Below the pieces are notes generated by a model. The model did not search any database. It saw only the letters and a program-made list of their open reading frames with translations, and was not told where the DNA came from. This document shows, in pieces, positions 1 to 11,645 of a stretch of 64,000 bases of DNA (its first letter is position 1; each line of letters starts with the position of its first letter). This DNA comes from Massalongia carnosa. Its lineage: Eukaryota. A program made the translations under genes and the position numbers. The stretch covers positions 124,001-188,000 of the forward strand of contig OZ287074.1 in the NCBI GenBank assembly GCA_965645245.1, read 5' to 3'.

Positions 1-1963
1 AAGGAAGATATCTCGTTCAGTTCTAGATCAATCCAACTGCCCATTACCACCATGATTCGTCCCCTTAGCTAGAGTCAAATTGCTCATGCTAATCGCAAGG
101 CGGCGATGTCTGTTTATATGACAAATCTTCCCTTCAACCACTTCGAGAATCCCTATGTTATTGCGGCATTTCAAGCTCTTTCTCCTGGATACAAGCCCCC
201 TCATGCCAGACTGATGGCTGAACGATTGTTGGATAAAGCCTATGAAACAGTTAAATTCAAAATAAATCAAGAATTGAATGCTTGCAATCATCTCAGCTTT
301 TTTACCGACGAGACAGCCAACATTCGAAAAGAGCGAGTAATAAATCTCTGCTGTCACGTTCCCATATCTGTCACTTCTAGTGGCGGAGGATTTCAGCTAA
401 AAGCTGATGTCGGAGTGGCGGAAAAAATGACGGTAATCGTACAAGCTGAATGGGTAATGAATGGATGTAGGGATGCTACCAACAATCAGCTTGAAAGGGT
501 TAATTGTATCTGCACCGACACGTGCTCTACAATGAAAGCCATGTGGACGGAAATTTCGAAAAGTGCAGAGATGAAGCATATTTTCTTCGTACCTTGCGAT
601 AGTCATGGTTTGCAGCTATTGTTAGGAGACATTTTGAAATTTCCTTATTTTACAGATGTTATAGAAAAGGCTCAGTTGATCGTCATCAGTTTTCGCGGTT
701 CAAATAAGGAATTAGCCAGTTTCTGGAAATACCAAATGAAGGCATACAAACAGCGTCGTTCCTTGGTTCTCAATGTTCTCACCAGATGGGGTACGACGGT
801 TGGTCTTTTAAATTCAGTACTGAATAATCAACAGGCCTTGTTGGATTATTTTCAGCAGAAGAATCCAGGCATAGATCAGGGAAGAAATAAACCTTTGGGA
901 AATTTCGTCAGCGATTATTCCTTTTGGAAGAAACTGACCATTGTCAAAAAGATACTGAATCCCATTCATAAACTTCAGTACATGTCCGAAGCCGAGGGAT
1001 ATAAGCTATACACCGTAACAAATAACTGGAATATCATTCGCTCTCATCTGTACTCGATGGCCGAAGAAGAAAGCGACAGTGAGGCGGATCTATATCACAT
1101 TGCTCACGTCGTTTGGGAAGATAGATATCTGAGTCAAATAACAGAGCTTCATGTGGTTGCATCTCTTCTGCTTCCGCAAAATCGTACGATAAAGGTGGTC
1201 GGAGTTACTACAGAACATGCTTTTTCATCGATCATGCATAGATTCTTTGCTCGATATCTGAATGCTGAAGATAGCATCGTTGCCATGAGACAATGGCTTG
1301 CTTTTCGAGATCAGGAAGATGGATTTCATGCAAACTCATAATGTTGGACTTATCAGATGACACCGGAGCTGTTTTGGAATTTTTGCAAGCATTTTGCATT
1401 GATTCTTAGCAAGCTGGCCAGAAAGGTAATGATGCTTCCTGGCAATTCAGTGCTGGCAGAAAGAAGTTGGTTGGTCATGAATTTGATCATGAACAAGACT
1501 CGAAATTCCATGGCATCGATCAACGTGGATAAGCTGATGTTTATTTATCTGAATGAAAGAACTCTTAACCGACCGAAAGAAATCAAAAGGAAGCTACAAT
1601 TCGCAGGCATTGACATAGAAGAAGACGATCTATGTGAGATGGAAGACAGATTGTTGCAGGAAGAAATCTCTCTGCAAGAAACAGCGACAGTAAAATCGTT
1701 GAAACGACCAGCAAGTCAAGCGATAGAGGGAGATGCGGTCAGGCTCAGAGATACTTGAGATTGTATGAAGATTAATAGCTAAATCAAGTATCTTCAAGTT
1801 GGCATGTCCTCGTTCCTATTTTCCGCTTTCCCCGCACCCCCCCTCCCCCCTGCCTACCCCCCTGCAAAACATCCATGAAAATTTCACTCGTGAAAGTCGC
1901 AGTGAAACTTTCATCCCGATCGGGTTAGGCAAAATTTCATGAAAGTTTCATTTCAGAGCCCTA
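1..1963 (+). mobile_element. hAT DNA transposon, right part (left end outside the window)
   Basis: hAT transposase ORFs 106-1758; subterminal TGAAA/TTTCA repeats 1875-1955; ends ...TTTCAGAGCCCTA (TAGGGC- on the reverse strand, hAT-like TIR). The TSD cannot be checked. Confidence 0.75.
106..1758 (+). pseudogene. hAT transposase (DUF659-like plus C-terminal dimerisation domain) with an in-frame TAA at 1339-1341; 5' part outside the window
   Basis: Motifs FTDET, CTDT, PCDSH (CxxH), TRW, FW...LARKV...NSVLAERSW. ORFs 106-1341 and 1357-1758 are in the same frame. Confidence 0.85.
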
Positions 1964-2180
1964 GGGGTGGCTAATACGTTAGTGCCGGGAGAGGGGCCAC
2001 GCCATACTAATTTGGGTGTGGCTATCATGTCAGCTCAGACCTGGAGGGGACCATCGCGAGGCGAGTTGCCGCTCTCTGTTCAGCGTTTCACTGCTGAACC
2101 GACCCTCGCCGGCCCTCTATCGATCCGCCGCTCAAAGACGCTTGGTGACAGCTGCGCTCGATGATTAGCCCTTAAACTGG

Positions 2181-5100
2181 ATGGCCACGAAGAAGGGCAC
2201 CGTTTTCCGCGTCACCGGTCTCGCAGCCTCGCAGTCTGACGACGAACTGAAAATAACACTGAGGGATGCCATCAACAACAACCTGTCGGAAGAAGAACAC
2301 TCGAAGCTAGATATAAGTGCAGCTATTGTACCCTCTTGCTACGAAAATGAGCAGGAAAGGGTCGCGCTGGTGGAGTTCCACGGCGGGGTGCCTAGATTCC
2401 TGTCCGAGCTGACAGCCAACCCGCTGGGAGACTGGCAGGTTGAGATGTCGGACACGGACATTAGCTTTGACTGCCACTTCTTCGGATTCACTCAACTGTA
2501 CGCGCCAAAGTCAGATGCGCCGGTTGCCGCAGAGTACGTAGCACTTATCTGAATGTGTAGCCTGTGTCCGTTATTCCTGACTGCTTTCTTACTGCTCACT
2601 GCTAATCTACCACGTCTCAGTATAATTGCAATCACCGGCCTTGACGGACACGCATACGGGTCATGGAGGGGAAAGGGAAACCTCGGGCGAATGTGGCTGC
2701 ACCACTTCCTGTCCAAGGACCTGCCATGCTGCCGCACGATGATCTATGGCTACAACTCCAAGCTGTCAAGCCATGGGATCGACACAATTATGGACTACGG
2801 CCGGGAGCTGGAAGAAGAGCTCAAGAAGGTCCGGAACACTGAAGAGGTAAGCGGCTGTTACAATGTACCATCGCGAGCGGAAGCATGAAGCTGATGGCTG
2901 CGATGCGCTAGCTGAGACAGCGGCCGCTCTTCTTTATCGCGCACAGCTTTGGTGGTATTATACTTGCTCACGTAGGTCGTCTGCTGTGACAGCTATATGC
3001 CTAAGGCTAAGCAGCAGCATAGTGCCTTGTCAAGGCGGTCCAGGCCAACGAAGATGATCATCCAACGATAGCAACCCTCTACAGAGCTACGTACGGCATG
3101 CTTCTGTTTGGGATTCCACACAAGGGGCTCGTGGTAGATGATATCCAGAAGATGCTGGCTGGGCAGGACAATCACCCGCGAAGTGCACTACTTCAGCAGA
3201 TCCGATCTAAGTCTGACTCGCTAGCGTTTCAGCTAGCAGATTTCAAGAATCTCATCCGAGACCGGAAGGTGGTAAGCTTCTACGAGACGGGGCAGACTAG
3301 GCAGCTTGAGTTTGTATGATCCTCTAGGATAAGATTATAGGAGACCACTGATATTTTGGCAACAGGACCGCGAAAGCAAATGCTGGAGAAGGACTGGCGA
3401 CTTCATCACGACAGTAGATATCGACTCGGCCCTTCTTCAGCTGCCAGATTCCATGGAGGAAAAGATCCCTCTAGACTCCGATCACTCGATGATTGTCAAG
3501 TTTGATAACAGGAATAATCGAGGGTATACCAGTGCGCGGGACAAGCTTAAACAGTTTGAGCAGGATGCACCGAGTGTGGTTGCGGCTCGATTTTGTACGT
3601 AGCCTTCTATTCTATGCTAGATCACATCAAGATTAGTCCTTGTTTAACCGTCCTTATGCTTGCTTCTGGGTAATAACGGCCGAGTTCTAGTGCGAGCGCA
3701 AAACAGACCCAAGCCTTGTTCCATGGTCCCCTTCCAGAGAGATAGCGCGTTCGTGGGCCGAGAGGGCATTCTTGCAACAATAAGCAAGAAGCTTGAACAA
3801 GCAGCCTTGCCTGATCACGGTCGAGTGGCCCTGAGCGGTCTAGGAGGCGTAGGGTATGCATTTCCATACATTGTGCTGTGAGAGGTAATGCTCATGTTCG
3901 TACTAGGAAGTCCCAGATCGCTATCGAGTATGCGTACAGAGTCAGAGAGTCGGCTCCGCAAACCTGGGTGTTTTGGGTGCATGCGAGCAACGCCAACAGA
4001 TTTGAGCAAGCTTATAGAGACATCGCTACCAAGGTCGAACTCCCCAGCCGCGATGAAGCAAAGGCTGATATCCTCCAACTCGTATATGACTGGCTCGGCG
4101 ATGAGAGAAACGGCCGATGGCTTATGGTAATCGACAATGCCGACGACGATGAGGTTTTCTTTGCCGCCGACGAAGATAACGTCGGTATTGCGGAGAAGAG
4201 CGCCATCCCCAGCCACACCAGGCCGCTTGAAAGCTTCATCCCTCAAACGCCGAACGGAACGATTCTCATCACCTCGAGGAACGAAATTGCGGCACAAAAT
4301 CTCGTTGAGCCGCATGGCAGAGTTGTCAAGGTGGAGCCAATGGATGAAGAGGACGCTCTAGCGCTGCTCAACACACGGCTACCATTTAGCGAGTCTAGTA
4401 GAGCGGATGCGAAGGCGCTTGTCCGGGCTCTAGAACGCATACCTCTTGCAATTACCCACGCTGCGGCGTACATCAAGACAAGAGCATTCACGACAACCAT
4501 GTCCGATTACCTTGAGCTGTTCCGTGAGAGCGAGGCCAATCAGGTGCGTCTCCTAGGCAAGAATGTTCTAAAGGACCTTCGGCGAGACTACAGCATACGG
4601 CATGCGGTTATCGCGACGTGGCAGATCTCGTTCACTCAGATCCAGAAGACGGAGCAGCCAGCTGCAGATTTGCTTGCATTGATGAGCATGTTCGATAGGC
4701 AGGGAATTCCAATAGCCCTGCTGCGGAACAGCACCAGTCGACTCGACTTTGACGACGCTCTGGCGCCGTTGCTAAGCTTCTCCCTTGTGCGGGCCGAGAT
4801 CGGAAAGCAGTCATTTGAGATGCACCGTCTAGTGCAGCTATCCATGAGAAAGTGGCTCGAGGCGGCCAAGCAGCTAAGCAAATGGACAAAGGAGTCGATA
4901 AGAGTTCTAGCCGCAGCATTCCCCAGCGGAGACTATAAGACGTGGGCGGATTGTCAAGTACTCCTTCCCCACGCAAGAGAAGCTATTGGCCATGGAACAG
5001 AAGATGAGGTGGACGTGACAAATCAGGCACAGGTTGCTTCAAACTTAGGATGGTACTTACTCCTTAGAGGTGAGTACAGAACGGCGGAGAAAGTTGTTCG

Positions 5101-7246
5101 AATGTCAGTCGAAGCAAGAGAGAGGGTACTTGGGCCAGAGCACCCAGATACGCTCACCAGTGTCAGCCAGCTTGGGTCGATGTTGTCGAGCCAGGGCAAG
5201 TACGAAGAGGCGGAAGCGATGGAGCGGCGAGCATTGGAAGGAAGGGAGAAGGTACTTGGGTCAGAGCACCCAGACACGCTCACCAGTGTTAGCCAGCTTG
5301 GGTCGGTGTTGTTGAGGCAGGGCAAGTACGAAGAGGCGGAAGCGATGCACCGACGAGATTTGAAAGGATCTGAGAAGGTACTTGGGCCAGAGCACCCAGA
5401 CACGCTCACCAGTGTCAGCCAGCTTGGGTCGGTGTTGTCGAGCCAGGGCAAGTACGAAGAGGCGGAAGCGATGCACCGGCGAGCATTGGAAGGATACGAG
5501 AAGGTAGTTGGGCCAGAGCACCCAGACACGCTCACCAGTGTCAGCCAGCTTGGGTCGGTGTTGTCGAGGCAGGGCAAGTACGAAGAGGCGGAAGCGATGC
5601 ACCGGCGAGCATTGGAAGGAAGGGAGAAGGTAGTTGGGCCAGAGCACCCAGACACGCTCACCAGTGTCAGCAAGCTTGGGTCGGTGTTGTCGAGCCAGGG
5701 CAAGTACGAAGAGGCGGAAGCGATGCACCGACGAGATTTGAAAGGATCTGAGAAGGTACTTGGGCCAGAGCACCCAGACACGCTCACCAGTGTTAGCCAG
5801 CTTGGGTCGGTGTTGTTGAGGCAGGGCAAGTACGAAGAGGCGGAAGCGATGCACCGACGAGATTTGAAAGGATCTGAGAAGGTACTTGGGCCAGAGCACC
5901 CAGACACGCTCACCAGTGTTAGCCAGCTTGGGTCGGTGTTGTTGAGGCAGGGCAAGTACGAAGAGGCGGAAGCGATGCACCGACGAGATTTGAAAGGATC
6001 TGAGAAGGTACTTGGGCCAGAGCACCCAGACACGCTCACCAGTGTCAGCCAGCTTGGGTCGGTGTTGTCGAGCCAGGGCAAGTACGAAGAGGCGGAAGCG
6101 ATGCACCGGCGAGCATTGGAAGGAAGGGAGAAGGTACTTGGGCCAGAACACCCAGACACGCTCACCAGTGTCAGCCACTTTGGGTCGGTGTTGTCGAGCC
6201 AGGGCAAGTACGAAGAGGCGGAAGCGATGGAGCGGCGAGCATTGGAAGGAAGGGAGAAGGTATTTGGGCCAGAGCACCCAGACACGCTCACCAGTGTCAG
6301 CCAGCTTGGGTCGGTGTTGTCGAGCCAGGGCAAGTACGAAGAGGCGGAAGCGATGCACCGACGAGATTTGAAAGGATCTGAGAAGGTACTTGGGCCAGAC
6401 CACCCAGACACGCTCACCAGTCTCAGCCACCTTGGGTCGGTGTTGTCGAGGCAGGGCAAGTACGAAGAGGCGGAAGCGATGCACCAGCGAGCATTGGAAG
6501 GAAGGGAGAAGGTACTTGGGCCAGAGCACCCACACACGCTCACCAGTGTCAGCCAGCTTGGGTCGGTGTTGTCGAGGCAGGGCAAGTACGAAGAGGCGGA
6601 AGCGATGGAGCGGCGAGCATTGGAAGGAAGGGAGAAGGTACTTGGGCTAGAGCACCCACACACGCTCACCAGTGTCAGCCAGCTTGGGTCGGTGTTGTCG
6701 AGCCAGGGCAAGTACGAAGAGGCGGAAGCGATGGAGCGGCGAGCATTGGAAGGAAGGGAGAAGGTACTTGGGCCAGAGGACCCAGACACGCTCACCAGTG
6801 TCAGCCAGCTTGGGTCGGTGTTGTCGAGGCAGGGCAAGTACGAAGAGGCGGAAACGATGCACCGACGAGATTTGAAAGGATCTGAGAAGGTACTTGGGCC
6901 AGAGCACCCAGACACGCTCATCAGTGTCAGCCAGCTTGGGTCGGTGTTGTCGAGCCAGGGCAAGTACGAAGAGGCGGAAGCGATGCACCGGCGAGCATTG
7001 GAAGGATACGAGAAGGTACTTGGGCCAGAGCACCCACACACGCTCACCAGTGTCAGCCACCTTGGGTCGGTGTTGTCGAGGCAGGGTAAGTACGAAGAGG
7101 CGGAAGCGATGCACCGGCAAGGATTGGAAGGATACGAGAAGGTACTTGGGCTAGAGCACCCACACACGCTCACCAGTGTCAGCCAGCTTGGGTCGGTGTT
7201 GTCGAGGCAGGGCAAGTACGAAGAGGCGGAAGCGATGCACCGGTGA
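2181..7246 (+). CDS. Fungal NLR (STAND) protein: SesB-like alpha/beta hydrolase + NB-ARC + 17 TPR repeats. Exons 2181-2533, 2621-2846, 2912-2971, 3023-3313, 3366-3594, 3691-3853, 3907-7246
   Basis: Six GT-AG introns give a continuous frame. Lipase motifs DIIAITGLDGHAYGSW, AHSFGG (nucleophile), FGIPHKG, DSDHSMIVKF. FVGRE, Walker A GLGGVGKS (split by intron 6), Walker B LMVIDNAD, ILITSR, IPLAI, MHRLV, then kinesin-light-chain-like TPR units. Confidence 0.92.
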
Positions 7247-7272
7247 GCATTGGAAGGAAGGGAGAAGGTACT
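5125..7272 (+). repeat. Tandem array of 17 x 126-bp (42-aa) highly conserved TPR units
   Basis: Unit GPEHPDTLTSVSQLGSVLSxQGKYEEAEAMxRRxLxGxEKVL counted 17 times; DNA is nearly identical between units; the last unit is interrupted by TGA. Confidence 0.95.
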
Positions 7273-7831
7273 CAATTTTGCGATGAATATATTCCACTCT
7301 AGTATTCGTCTTCATGGACTTTGCCCATATCTCAATGAGATAGTTATGTTAGGTTAATATATCTCTTATAAAAAACACTAATTAATCGTGCTATACCATA
7401 TTCAAAACTCAATTTTTGCAATAAATCTTACTTGTTGTTTGAAACAATCAAGGACCTTGTTGAGGAAGATCAGATAAACGTTTGATTGCTAAAGATAGGC
7501 AGCGCGTATAATCTCTTCCTCAAGTTTATATTGTAAGGAGGCAATTCGGGTGGTAATAAATGTTATATCGACACCCTCACATAGTTCCTTGAGCTGCCTA
7601 GTTAAAGGTCACTTAGGTATTTGGAGAATAGGTGTTCTTTTTCTTCCATTTATTCCTATGCCTAGGGCCAATCCGGATTTTATTAAAACTTCCATCCTAT
7701 TATCTTAGGGGTACGGATATTTGCACACCCCTCCGGCTTCTTATACACCCATCTCTGGAGACATCAACACCTCAGGCCGGCACGCGGTGCGAAAAATAGT
7801 TGACACACCAAAAATAAAAAATAATTATGAT

Positions 7832-8176
7832 TGTCATGGAGTGACTGGGCACCTGCCAGTTAGTTCATTGAATCAACCTTAGCTGCTTGAACGAAGCACT
7901 AGCCGGTTAGCCGATCCGAAAGGAACTAAGCTTAATCCGGTTCAAAGGTAAGTGTTCCGACTATCAATAGTGTCATGGCGATAGTTTCATGCTAGGGACT
8001 TGGGGAAATTGGATCAACGGCTGGATTGGGACTAGTTCCGTTCGCCAGAGTCTTATACTCGCCCACGTTGGATTTTCTGTTTCTTTTCTCCTTGTCGAAC
8101 GTCTTGTCCACCTAGCTAGACAATCAAGTAACACGTTTGCACCACCTGAATTCCTACCTGACCTCGCACCGTGACA
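7832..8176. mobile_element. Solo LTR (345 bp), inverted twin of 9202-9546
   Basis: TGTCA...TGACA; flanks ATGAT / GATCA; appears to be the exact reverse complement of 9202-9546. Confidence 0.9.
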
Positions 8177-9201
8177 GATCATAGGGGGAGGGGGATAGTC
8201 GCCAGCAGCAAATTGCTACGTTTCTACCAAGACCGAAACAATCGTCTTGATGGAGCTTTTACTTTATGAGCCTTTCTCAGACTTACAATTGCATTAAAAG
8301 CTATATAATACGTAGGTGGAATTCTATTTATCAATAAGGATTTAATGAATCCATCTAAAGCCCTAGCTTCATGCTCTTTCAGTATCTGATTTTCTACCCC
8401 CTTTTTAACCCTTCTTTTTTCTGTCCTTCTTTCGGATGACGACGAACAAAAGACGTCAACGTTTTAACGTTGACATTGTAGATTTTTGACGCAGCAGCCT
8501 TTCTTACTTCGGGATGATCAATCAGAAATTGCTTCGCTTCTTCCAATCTTTCCATGGGGCTGAGAGTGGAAACCAAGATTGAGGCATTATTTTCCAAGGT
8601 ACGAAGGGAGGTTGAAAATTTCTTTTCGAAAGTTGCAAATGCGATAATAAAGGATCGGAAAGTGAGGGGGGGGGATAATTTTAATGACAACGATGACGAC
8701 GACGATAATTTCAAGCTTTTTACAATATTAAGTAATGATTGATCAATGTGGTTGAGAGTAAAAGGTGAAAAATGGTCAAAATTTCAGTTTGAATAGATGT
8801 AAATCGTTTTCCCCGACTAGGAGGCGACGGCCTCCGAGTCGTATCCCGCTAAGCGAGCCGACGATTAATCGTCCGAATTTCAAAACATCGACAACTTAGG
8901 AATGCGCTTGATCAGCTTATTAATCGACCTAAATGTCATTTCTTTGGTACATAATAGGAGGTGCGGAGCCATATGCTCTAACGAGAGGTGTTAGTGTATC
9001 CGGCCAAGCGGTGCGAAAAAATGTTGCCACACCAAAACTCATCAGTACGCATAAAACTACACAACTATCAAAGCTTCAACATAATATAGAAAAGCAACAA
9101 CAGATGAACCAGTAAAATAGACTTGATAGAGTAATAGATTTATATGTTCAAATTCACCTTAACTTTTTTGAAATGTATTACTTAACGATATAGCCTATCA
9201 T

Positions 9202-9546
9202 TGTCACGGTGCGAGGTCAGGTAGGAATTCAGGTGGTGCAAACGTGTTACTTGATTGTCTAGCTAGGTGGACAAGACGTTCGACAAGGAGAAAAGAAACA
9301 GAAAATCCAACGTGGGCGAGTATAAGACTCTGGCGAACGGAACTAGTCCCAATCCAGCCGTTGATCCAATTTCCCCAAGTCCCTAGCATGAAACTATCGC
9401 CATGACACTATTGATAGTCGGAACACTTACCTTTGAACCGGATTAAGCTTAGTTCCTTTCGGATCGGCTAACCGGCTAGTGCTTCGTTCAAGCAGCTAAG
9501 GTTGATTCAATGAACTAACTGGCAGGTGCCCAGTCACTCCATGACA
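9202..9546. mobile_element. Solo LTR (345 bp), inverted twin of 7832-8176
   Basis: TGTCA...TGACA; flanks ATCAT / TGATC. Confidence 0.9.
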
Positions 9547-9689
9547 TGATCATCATACATGGTCAGGAAATCATGGCAACGTGGTTTTCGGAGGATTTGC
9601 CGGTGGGCACGCGTATTGTGCCTTCCGATAGTGGTTTCATTTCTGATAAGATAGCAATTGAATATTCGAAGCATCTCATTCAAAATTCG

Positions 9690-9970
9690 TGTTATGATCT
9701 ACCTAGAGACTAGTCATAGGGACACTAGAAACGAATACAATCAAGATGAAGAAGGAAAGATCAATTGAAAGACAAATCTCGCTCCTATATAGTCCAGCGG
9801 CCCCTAGCCCTCGACCGACTCGTGGAAGGATCTAGAAGGTTCGAGCATTGACCAGCTATGGAAACCGTGAATGCCGCGATGAGTCTAGCGCGCACACGCG
9901 ATCCCGTGAGTTCGGCTTGTGGCTTGTTCCGCTCCAGTCTACCGAAGTAGTGCCGAGTAGAACCGTGACA
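9690..9970. mobile_element. Solo LTR (281 bp) inserted in the pogo transposase
   Basis: TGTTA...TGACA with 5-bp TSD ATTCG on both sides; interrupts the KHLIQNS/YTGP coding region. Confidence 0.9.
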
Positions 9971-11645
9971 ATTCGTATACAGGACCTAATGCAGATTGGA
10001 AATTGCTCCTGATGGATAATCATGGCAGTCACGTTACTCCTGAATTTGTACTTCTGGCCAATGAAAATCACATTCGTCCCTACCCACTAATTCAACATCT
10101 GACTGATTGCATGCAGTATTTAGATGTCAGCGTATTTCAGCCCTATAAACACTGGCATCAACAGGCTATTAAGGAGAATGTTGTATCGTCATTTGTCGAG
10201 TATTCCATGACTCGGTTTTCTTCAGGATTTGATCCAAATTAGAAACCAGACATTCAAAGCTTCTACAATCCGACATGCATTTGAAAATTCGGGAATGTGG
10301 CCGGTTAATCGAGAAACATGCATTCGTCAGCTGAAAAAATTCATTCTCGACAATTCTAGTCTGAACAATTCTGATCTTACTGATCAGCCCTCACTTCCTC
10401 TACCTCGTCAAATTCAACCGAGGGATATAGTCGACATAGATCACGGATTGCGTCAATAGGGGTCCAAAACTCAAGAATCTATGCTATGGAGTGATCCCGC
10501 CCGAGCAGGGGAATTTGATTCTTTTATAGCTGGTACGAAAGAGATCATTTCGAAGTCTATTCTCAGAGAAGCGGAGCTTGAAATGTATCAGCACCAAAGA
10601 ACGAATCAGCTAAACAGCAGACGAATATCTCGTAAAAGATTGAGACCTGAAATCGGAAGGTTGGGAATAACTGCTGAAGATGCGAAGCAAGCTATAGCGA
10701 TGAAGCTACAAAAAGATCAGGAAATTGAGAAGAAGAAGGAGAATAATAACTTCATGAAGTTGTGGAGAACGGAAAGAGACGAAATTCATGTCAAAGGGGT
10801 GACTGCTCGAAAAGCAGAATGGGATCGAGTCAAACGACTAAAAGAGATGCAGAAAGGGCTCGGTGCCATCTCAGTTGAGATTTATAAGGAGATTCCTGAC
10901 CCCGAGTTATTATGGAAAGCGACGAATGAGGTTTGGATAGCTGAGGAAGCGAAAAAAGAAGCCAGAAAGAATCCATCTGCATCTGCTCTTGCCAATTTTG
11001 AAGAAGACGTCACATTTATTGTAGATGAGACTGAAGCTAGAAATGAAGGCATTTCGAATATTTCGAACATTCCGGATATTCCAGAAGAAGCAGGGCTACG
11101 AGATGATTTTGTGTCTTTCGATCCAGGTTTCGAATCGGGAGATGCTTCGAATTATGAGGGGGATGCGGGGTATGCGGGGTATCAGGAAGATCAGAATAAT
11201 CAGGGTAGTCAAGGCGGCCAAGGGGGTCCGAGGGGTCAGAGGGACGCTTTTAATGACGGCTTTGATGATTACTATGCCTTTCGAGCTTTGTATGAAATTT
11301 AGAATCAATAAATCAATGTGGTTGAGGGTAAAAGATGAAAAATAGTCAAAATTTCAGTTTGAATGGATGCAAATCGCTTTCCGGATGCAAATCGCTTTCC
11401 CCGACTAGGAGGGGATAGCCTCCGAGTCGGATCCCACTAAGCGAGCCGACGATTATTAGCCCTGGGTTTTAAGACAAAGTTTTACTGAGGTTGGACACTG
11501 AAAATTAACTAAGTGATCGAATCCTGAAAAATTAAGGTTTAGTGAGCTGAATTCTGAGGAACATCACGGTCATACATACTTTTATTATTACATTACCATC
11601 ATCGAGAAATCGGGTGGACCCGCGAATTGGTCCAATGGTCGACTA

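Larger units (their letters stand above)
8177..11453. mobile_element. pogo/Fot1-like DNA transposon, rearranged: 5' part inverted (8177-8865, minus), 3' part 9547-11453 (plus); transposase pseudogene
   Basis: Both TIRs end ...CTAAGCGAGCCGACGAT|TA (8865 and 11453) and now lie in direct orientation. Transposase fragments MERLEEAKQF (HTH), LLMDNHGSH and LDVSVFQPYKHWH are homologous to the element at 12203-14702. An internal deletion near 8210 removes the first catalytic D region. Confidence 0.85.

Noticed and set aside
5125..7272. CRISPR-like regular repeat array
   Set aside because: Contiguous coding repeats with no unique spacers; eukaryotic context; no cas genes.
5023..7275. 750-aa and 424-aa antisense ORFs over the TPR array
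   Set aside because: Shadow ORFs: one stop-free antisense frame in a 126-bp unit is propagated by tandem repetition; no independent evidence of coding.
7687..7735. Possible Tc1-like TIR remnant (CGGATATTTGCACACCCC)
   Set aside because: No partner end, TSD or linked transposase could be identified.
7973..9389. Identical 61-aa ORFs on opposite strands (7989-8174, 9204-9389)
   Set aside because: Chance ORFs inside the two inverted solo LTRs.
7832..9546. A single DNA transposon with 345-bp TIRs
   Set aside because: The outer flanks (ATGAT, TGATC) are not a TSD, each repeat has its own TG...CA ends, and the swapped 5-bp TSDs fit two solo LTRs plus an inversion.
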